DNA from: Syntrophomonadaceae bacterium | Lineage (GTDB): Bacteria; Bacillota; Dethiobacteria; DTU022; UBA8154 | Direction: 5' to 3' | Length of the DNA: 55,807 nucleotides | Assembly: GCA_003563385.1 (NCBI GenBank) | Contig: PWRZ01000180.1 | Location: 1-55,807 of the forward strand | Part shown: positions 50,036 through 55,807 of the stretch, piece after piece | Layout of the letters: each line of letters starts with the position of its first letter | How positions within the stretch are numbered: the stretch's first letter is position 1 | Notes under the pieces: model-generated | Told to the model about the DNA's origin: nothing | Seen by the model: the letters and a program-made list of their open reading frames with translations, nothing else | Databases searched by the model: none | Position numbers and translations under genes: made by a program

Positions 50036-51065
50036 CTACAAAAAAGCAGGTGTTGACCTGGAAGCCGGCGAAAAAGTAGTGCAGGATATCAAGGAGATGG
50101 TAAAAACAACCTTTCGCCGGGAGGTGGTTACGGAGCTGGGCGGGTTTGCAGGCCTCTTTCAGCCGGACATGGGCCGCTACAGGGAGCCCGTACTGGCCTC
50201 GGCTACTGATGGAGTGGGGACGAAGCTGAAGATTGCTTTTGCCACGGGCCGCCACGATACGGTGGGCATAGATGCCGTGGCCATGTGCGTGAACGACCTT
50301 CTTGTCCAGGGTGCAGAGCCGCTTTTTTTCCTCGATTACCTGGCGGTGGGGAAGATCGATAACGCTGTCGTCAGGGAGATAATCAGCGGCATTGCCCAGG
50401 GATGCCGCACGGCCGGATGCGCCCTGCTGGGCGGGGAAACGGCGGAAATGCCCGGTTTCTACCCGCCCGGGGAGTACGATATCGCCGGTTTTGCCGTGGG
50501 CATAGTGGAGAAAGAGAAAATTATAACCGGCGCCGGTATTGCCGCCGGGGATGTCCTTATCGGGTTGGCTTCCACCGGCCTGCACAGCAATGGCTTTTCA
50601 CTGGTGCGCAAGGTGCTCCTGGAGCACGCCGCCCTTTCCCTGGATACTGTTGTGCCCCCGCTGGAGAGCCCTCTCGGGGAAGAGCTCTTGAAGCCTACCG
50701 CCATCTATGTGCCTCTGGTATTACCCCTTTTAAGTGAATACCGGGTTAAAGGTATGGCCCATATTACCGGTGGGGGTATAGTGCTCAACCTGCCGCGCAT
50801 CCTTCCACCGGGTTTGAGAGCTGTTGTCTATAAGGACAGCTGGGAAATCCCGGCAGTGTTTTCGCTGGTCCAAGAAAAAGGCGCGGTGCAGGAAAATGAG
50901 ATGTTTCGCACTTTTAACATGGGCCTGGGCATGGTGCTGGTGGTACCTCCCGCCGATAAGGGCGCACTGATGAAAGCCGTAAAAAACCGGGGATGGGGCT
51001 GTTGGGAGATAGGCTTTATGGAGGAAGGGGAAGGAATCATCTTGAAAGGAGTGGGCGGCACATGA
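50016..51065 (+). CDS. purM: AIR synthase
   Basis: YKKAGVD, TDGVGTK, VAMCVND, GGETAEMPG, GLHSNGFSL, HITGGG, TFNMGLG. Confidence 0.98.
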   Translation: MPGESFDYKKAGVDLEAGEKVVQDIKEMVKTTFRREVVTELGGFAGLFQPDMGRYREPVLASATDGVGTKLKIAFATGRHDTVGIDAVAMCVNDLLVQGAEPLFFLDYLAVGKIDNAVVREIISGIAQGCRTAGCALLGGETAEMPGFYPPGEYDIAGFAVGIVEKEKIITGAGIAAGDVLIGLASTGLHSNGFSLVRKVLLEHAALSLDTVVPPLESPLGEELLKPTAIYVPLVLPLLSEYRVKGMAHITGGGIVLNLPRILPPGLRAVVYKDSWEIPAVFSLVQEKGAVQENEMFRTFNMGLGMVLVVPPADKGALMKAVKNRGWGCWEIGFMEEGEGIILKGVGGT

Positions 51066-51667
51066 GAATAGCGGTACTGGCGTCGGGGTTCGGCAGCAAC
51101 CTGCAGGCTATCATTGATGCAATAGTGAAAGGGCTGATAGACGGCCGCGTGGGGCTGGTAATCAGCGACAACAATGAAGCCTACGCCCTGGAGCGCGCCC
51201 GGAAAAACCATATCGAGGCCATTTATGTTGATCCGGGCCAGTGTCCGGGCAGGGAAAATTATGACCGCAAAATAGTTGCACTGCTGAAGGAATGGGATAT
51301 TGACCTGGTAATCCTGGCCGGGTTTATGCGCCTGCTGTCACCCTATTTCGTGGGGGAGTTCCAAAACAGGATAATGAACATACACCCGTCCCTGCTGCCT
51401 GCCTTCCCCGGGCTGGAGGGTGTTAAACAGGCCATGGACTACGGTGTCAAGGTAAGCGGATGCACGGTCCACTTCGTGGACGAAGGGCTCGATACCGGTC
51501 CCGTTATCCTGCAGGAGGCGGTACCAATATATGACGATGATACCATTGAGACGCTGCACCAGCGTATTCACGAAGTAGAGCACCGCCTCTATCCCAGGGC
51601 CATACAGCTCTTCAAGGAAGGCAAATTACGTCTGGAAGGAAGAAGGTGTTTTATCGATGAAAGGTAA
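51062..51667 (+). CDS. purN: Phosphoribosylglycinamide formyltransferase
   Basis: ASGFGSNLQA, LAGFMR, NIHPSLLPAFPG, GCTVHFVDEGLDTGP; ATGA overlap with purM. Confidence 0.98.
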   Translation: MRIAVLASGFGSNLQAIIDAIVKGLIDGRVGLVISDNNEAYALERARKNHIEAIYVDPGQCPGRENYDRKIVALLKEWDIDLVILAGFMRLLSPYFVGEFQNRIMNIHPSLLPAFPGLEGVKQAMDYGVKVSGCTVHFVDEGLDTGPVILQEAVPIYDDDTIETLHQRIHEVEHRLYPRAIQLFKEGKLRLEGRRCFIDER

Positions 51668-53207
51668 AACTGCCCTGATCAGTGTTTCTGACAAAAGCGG
51701 CATCGATATTTTTGCCCAGGAGCTTGCGGCAATGGGCTGGGAGATTGTATCTACGGGAGGGACAGCGCGAACTTTAAGGGATTGCGGCATCAAGGTTAAA
51801 GATATCAGCGAGCTGACGGGGTTCCCGGAAATCCTGGAAGGACGCCTCAAGACCCTGCACCCGGTAGTCCACGGGGGCATCCTGGGGCGCCGGGATGTGC
51901 CTGTGCACGGCGAACAGATGCAGGAGCACGGCATTGTGCCTATTGACCTCGTGGCGGTAAACCTGTATCCATTTGCCGAGGTTACCGCCAGGGAAGGAGT
52001 GACCCTGGAGGAGGCCATTGAAAACATTGACATCGGCGGGCCGACCATGATCAGGGCTGCGGCCAAAAACTACAGGGATGTTATTGTCATCGTGGATCCT
52101 TCCAGCTACAGCAGTGTTATCGAGGAGATGCGCCGGAAAGGGGACCTCTCGGAGGCGACCCGCTTCAAGCTCGCAGTGGATGCTTATTCGCACACCGCTT
52201 ATTACGACAGCATGATCAGCAATTACTTGCGGGAGCGCCTGGGCGAGGAAAAGGATGTTTTCCCGCCGCTGCTTACACTGCCTTTCAGCAGGGCCCAGCA
52301 GCTCCGCTACGGCGAGAACCCCCACCAGAAAGCCTGCTTTTATATTGAGCCCTACCCGGTGCCTTCCTCAGTGGCGGCGGCCGGGCAGCTGCAGGGCAAG
52401 GAGCTTTCTTTCAACAATATTAATGACCTCAATGCCGCCTGGGAAATAGTGAAGGAGTTTGATGAGCCCACCGCCGTTGCCGTCAAGCACGCCAACCCCT
52501 GCGGCGTCGGCTCTGCGGATATACTTCTCGAAGCTTACAGGAAGGCCCACGATGCCGACCCCGTTTCCATTTTTGGTGGAATAGTGGCCCTGAACCGGCA
52601 GGTGGACGAGGATACGGCCAGGGAAATGTCCAGGATATTCCTGGAAGTGATCGCCGCTCCTTCCTTTTCTCCCGCCGCCCTGGAGGTGTTTGCGCGCAAA
52701 AAAGATGTGCGCCTGCTGCAGATAGACCTTCTGCAGTCCGGGGATGAGCCGGGCTTTGATTTTAAAAAGGTAAGCGGCGGACTGCTCCTGCAGGAGGACA
52801 TGAGCGAGAGCTATGACACCGGCCAGTGGCGCGTCGTTACCAGCAGGAAGCCAACAGAGCAGGAAGTCAAGGACCTCGTTTTTGCCCTCAAGGTGGTGAA
52901 GCACGTTAAGTCCAACGCCATTGTGGTCTCCAAGAGGCAGCAGACCCTCGGTATCGGGGCCGGCCAGATGAGCAGGGTGGGCTCGGTTAAAATTGCCATA
53001 GGCCAGGCCGGTGAGGGGGTCAAGGGAAGTATCCTCGCTTCCGATGCTTTCTTCCCCTTCAAAGACGGGGTCGAAATAGCGGCCCTGGAGGGAGTCACCG
53101 CTATCATACAGCCGGGAGGGTCGGCCCGCGACGATGAAGCCATAGAGACCTGCGAAAAGTACAACGTGGCCATGGTGTTTACGGGTAAGAGATATTTCAA
53201 GCACTAG
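51657..53207 (+). CDS. purH: Bifunctional AICAR transformylase / IMP cyclohydrolase
   Basis: ALISVSDK, KTLHP, IDIGGPTM, LRYGENPHQ, KHANPCG, ASDAFFPF, IIQPGGS. Confidence 0.98.
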   Translation: MKGKTALISVSDKSGIDIFAQELAAMGWEIVSTGGTARTLRDCGIKVKDISELTGFPEILEGRLKTLHPVVHGGILGRRDVPVHGEQMQEHGIVPIDLVAVNLYPFAEVTAREGVTLEEAIENIDIGGPTMIRAAAKNYRDVIVIVDPSSYSSVIEEMRRKGDLSEATRFKLAVDAYSHTAYYDSMISNYLRERLGEEKDVFPPLLTLPFSRAQQLRYGENPHQKACFYIEPYPVPSSVAAAGQLQGKELSFNNINDLNAAWEIVKEFDEPTAVAVKHANPCGVGSADILLEAYRKAHDADPVSIFGGIVALNRQVDEDTAREMSRIFLEVIAAPSFSPAALEVFARKKDVRLLQIDLLQSGDEPGFDFKKVSGGLLLQEDMSESYDTGQWRVVTSRKPTEQEVKDLVFALKVVKHVKSNAIVVSKRQQTLGIGAGQMSRVGSVKIAIGQAGEGVKGSILASDAFFPFKDGVEIAALEGVTAIIQPGGSARDDEAIETCEKYNVAMVFTGKRYFKH

Positions 53208-53233
53208 CCAGTCTAGCCAGTTAGGAGGTTTAA

Positions 53234-54514
53234 ATGATGCGCGTTCTGGTGGTCGGCGGCGGAGGCAGAGAACATACGCTGGTGTGGAAGCTGTCTCAGA
53301 GCCCGCAGGTAGAGAAAATCTATTGTGCCCCGGGAAATGCCGGTATAGCTCCACTGGCCGAGTGTGTGCCTATCGGCGCTGAAGAAGTGGAAAAGCTGCA
53401 GGCCTTTGCCCGTGAAAAAGAGATTCACCTAACGGTTGTGGGACCGGAAGCTCCGCTCATGGAGGGTATAACAGACCGGTTCCGGGAAAACGGCCAGCTG
53501 ATATTCGGCCCCTGCCGCAAGGGTGCCCTGCTGGAAGGGAGCAAGGCCTGGGCAAAGAGATTCATGACCAGGTACGGCATCCCCACCGGGGAGTATGAGA
53601 TTTTTACCAGCCCCGGGGATGCTTATACCTATCTGGAGCGGTGCAGCTTTCCGCTGGTGGTAAAGGCGGACGGTCTTGCCGCCGGGAAGGGTGTTATAAT
53701 TACGGAAAGCCTTGAGGAGGCACGCCGTGCCGTGCACTACATAATGGAAGAAAAAGCTTTCGGAAGCGCCGGGGACAGTATTATCATTGAAGAGTTCCTG
53801 GAAGGAGAAGAAGTTTCCGTCTTTGCCGTTACCGACGGCTCCACTTACCTGGCATTTCCGTCGGCCCAGGACCACAAGCCCATCTATGATGGAGACCGCG
53901 GTCCCAATACGGGCGGCATGGGGGCCTATTCGCCGGCCCCGGTGCTGACCGCGGAGATGTATAAAGAAGTGGAGGAGAAGATCTTTAAGCCGGTGGTCAG
54001 GGGCATGCAGGAAGAAGGCATTACTTACCGGGGAGTGATCTACGGCGGACTGATCGTCACCGCCAAAGGGATTAAAGCGCTGGAGTATAATGCCCGCTTT
54101 GGCGACCCTGAAGCACAGGTGCTGCTCCCGCGCCTTCAATCGGACCTTTTTCCCATTCTCTATGAAGCATCCCGGGGGAACCTGGCCGCGGTACCGGAGC
54201 CGCAGTGGACAGATGATGTGGTGGTGTGCGTGGTGATGGCCTCTGCCGGTTACCCGGGGAGCTACGAAAAAGGGAAAGAAATCAGCGGTTGGGAAAAGGT
54301 TCCCGCGATGGAAAACGCCATCGTTTTTCATGCCGGTACGGCACTCAAAAATGGTAAAATAGTGACAAACGGGGGAAGAGTTCTCGGCGTTACCGCCTGG
54401 GATCCTTCTTTAAAGGCGGCCCTGGAAAAGGCATACTCTATAACGGAGCTGGTGACATTTGAGGGCGCTTATTTCCGCAGGGATATCGCTCACCGGGCCC
54501 TGGGGCGGATGTAA
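53234..54514 (+). CDS. purD: Phosphoribosylamine--glycine ligase
   Basis: GGGGREH, VGPEAPL, KADGLAAGKGV, GPNTGGMGAY, EYNARFGDPE, FHAGT. Confidence 0.98.
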   Translation: MMRVLVVGGGGREHTLVWKLSQSPQVEKIYCAPGNAGIAPLAECVPIGAEEVEKLQAFAREKEIHLTVVGPEAPLMEGITDRFRENGQLIFGPCRKGALLEGSKAWAKRFMTRYGIPTGEYEIFTSPGDAYTYLERCSFPLVVKADGLAAGKGVIITESLEEARRAVHYIMEEKAFGSAGDSIIIEEFLEGEEVSVFAVTDGSTYLAFPSAQDHKPIYDGDRGPNTGGMGAYSPAPVLTAEMYKEVEEKIFKPVVRGMQEEGITYRGVIYGGLIVTAKGIKALEYNARFGDPEAQVLLPRLQSDLFPILYEASRGNLAAVPEPQWTDDVVVCVVMASAGYPGSYEKGKEISGWEKVPAMENAIVFHAGTALKNGKIVTNGGRVLGVTAWDPSLKAALEKAYSITELVTFEGAYFRRDIAHRALGRM

Positions 54515-54540
54515 TAAAAGACGGGGGTGTTAGGAAAAGG

Positions 54541-55071
54541 ATGGTGGCCGGTAAAGAAAAAGGACTGCTGATGGTCTATACAGGTGAAGGGAAAGGCAAG
54601 ACTACGGCTGCCCTGGGGCAGGCCCTGCGCGCCGCCGGGCATGGATACAGGGTGCTGGTTATCAACTTTATGAAGGGCAGGGATTACGGGGAGCTGAAAG
54701 CGGCCCATTACCTGCCCCAGTTTGAAGTGCTCAAAGCTGGAAGGGACGTTTTCGTGGACAGGGACAACCCCGACGAGGAAGACCTGCGTCTTGCTGCCGA
54801 AGGTATGGCCAGGGCAAAGGAGGCCCTCAGCAGCGGGCAATACGACCTCGTCATCTTAGACGAGCTCAACGTGGCCGTGCATTACAACCTTGTCCCGCTG
54901 GAAGACCTGCTGGAGCTTATAAATAATAAGCGGCCCGGGGTCAACGTAATTATTACAGGGCGCCACGCCCACGAGAAGATCATTGAAATGGCCGATATGG
55001 TCAGCGAGGTAAAAGAAGTCAAGCATCACTTCACTGCCGGTATCGGCGCCAGGAAAGGAATAGAATATTAA
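54541..55071 (+). CDS. cobO: Cob(I)alamin adenosyltransferase (CobO/BtuR type)
   Basis: YTGEGKGKTTAALG, LVILDE, IITGR, GIEY. Confidence 0.93.
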   Translation: MVAGKEKGLLMVYTGEGKGKTTAALGQALRAAGHGYRVLVINFMKGRDYGELKAAHYLPQFEVLKAGRDVFVDRDNPDEEDLRLAAEGMARAKEALSSGQYDLVILDELNVAVHYNLVPLEDLLELINNKRPGVNVIITGRHAHEKIIEMADMVSEVKEVKHHFTAGIGARKGIEY

Positions 55072-55094
55072 GGTCCATGATTGAGGTGGTAAAA

Positions 55095-55807
55095 GTGGAA
55101 ATGATTGAGGAGCTGTTAAAAGGCGATCGCCGTGCCCTGGCCAGGGCAATCTCGGTGGTGGAAAACAATGACTCCTTGAAAAGAGAAGTATTAAAAGATA
55201 TTTATCCCCATACAGGGAAAGCTTATATTATCGGTTTTACCGGCTATCCCGGTTCCGGCAAGAGCTCCCTTGTTGACAGGCTGATCTACGTGATGCGCAA
55301 AGAGGGGCTCAAAGTGGGTGTTATCGCTATCGATCCCACCAGCCCCTTCAGCGGGGGCGCTTTCCTTGGAGATCGTATCCGCATGCAGGAACATACCGGG
55401 GACAAGGATGTTTTTATCCGCAGCATGGGCACGAGGGGCAGCCTGGGGGGATTGTCCAGGGCAACCGGTGACGTGGTGCAGCTTCTCGATGCATTTGGCA
55501 AGGACATAATTATTATCGAGACCGTCGGGGTAGGGCAGTCCGAGGTCGATATTGTCAAAAACGCGGACACAACCATCGTCGTCCTTACCCCGGCCAGCGG
55601 GGACAGTATCCAGGTTATCAAGGCCGGGATAATGGAGATAGCGGACATTTTTGTGATTAACAAGTCCGACATCCCCGGCGCTGAGAGGACGAAGACGGAG
55701 ATCAACATCATGCTTGACCTTGATAAGAGGAAAAAGTACCGCCCTCCCGTAGTGCAGACCATTACCATGAACAACGAAGGCATCGTCGAGCTGTGGGAAG
55801 AGATAAA
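55095..55807 (+). CDS. meaB: MeaB/ArgK mutase-associated GTPase, 3'-truncated by window edge; missing from ORF track
   Basis: Hand translation: GDRRALARAISVVEN, GFTGYPGSGKSSL, AIDPTSPFSGGAFLGDRIRM, FIRSMGTRGSLGGLS, ETVGVGQSE, KAGIMEIADIFVINKSD. Confidence 0.95.
   Translation, partial: MEMIEELLKGDRRALARAISVVENNDSLKREVLKDIYPHTGKAYIIGFTGYPGSGKSSLVDRLIYVMRKEGLKVGVIAIDPTSPFSGGAFLGDRIRMQEHTGDKDVFIRSMGTRGSLGGLSRATGDVVQLLDAFGKDIIIIETVGVGQSEVDIVKNADTTIVVLTPASGDSIQVIKAGIMEIADIFVINKSDIPGAERTKTEINIMLDLDKRKKYRPPVVQTITMNNEGIVELWEEI

Overview
Core-genome-like segment of an anaerobic Firmicute (clostridial/Dethiobacteria-like by gene content; taxonomy is inference). Left to right: partial CDF transporter; a NuoE/NuoF-like + selenocysteine formate dehydrogenase operon (the ORF track splits FdhA at an in-frame UGA) containing an unannotated 59-aa Cys-rich ORF, then fdhD; a P-loop/Asp23 gene; a PAS-AAA+ enhancer-binding-protein homologue with a degenerate ATPase heading a compact methylmalonyl-CoA cluster (sucC, sucD, mutase large and B12 subunits, epimerase, carboxyltransferase); argCJBD-[nitrilase]-argFGH; a tandem USP; a degenerate HepT/HEPN-like gene coupled to a four-subunit 2-oxoacid:ferredoxin oxidoreductase; membrane/PRC-barrel/VanW genes; a probable CC-adding tRNA nucleotidyltransferase; a c-di-GMP-I riboswitch ahead of a FapA/DUF342 gene; DUF368; a 55-aa CQLGCF microprotein followed by an inverted array of 29-nt palindromic repeats; moeA, moeA-PBP, mogA; CIRCE-groES-groEL; a candidate structured leader ahead of guaA-purEBFMNHD; cobO and a partial meaB. 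No tRNA, rRNA, CRISPR array, integrase or transposase was seen. All calls are by motif recognition by eye; no database searches were run.
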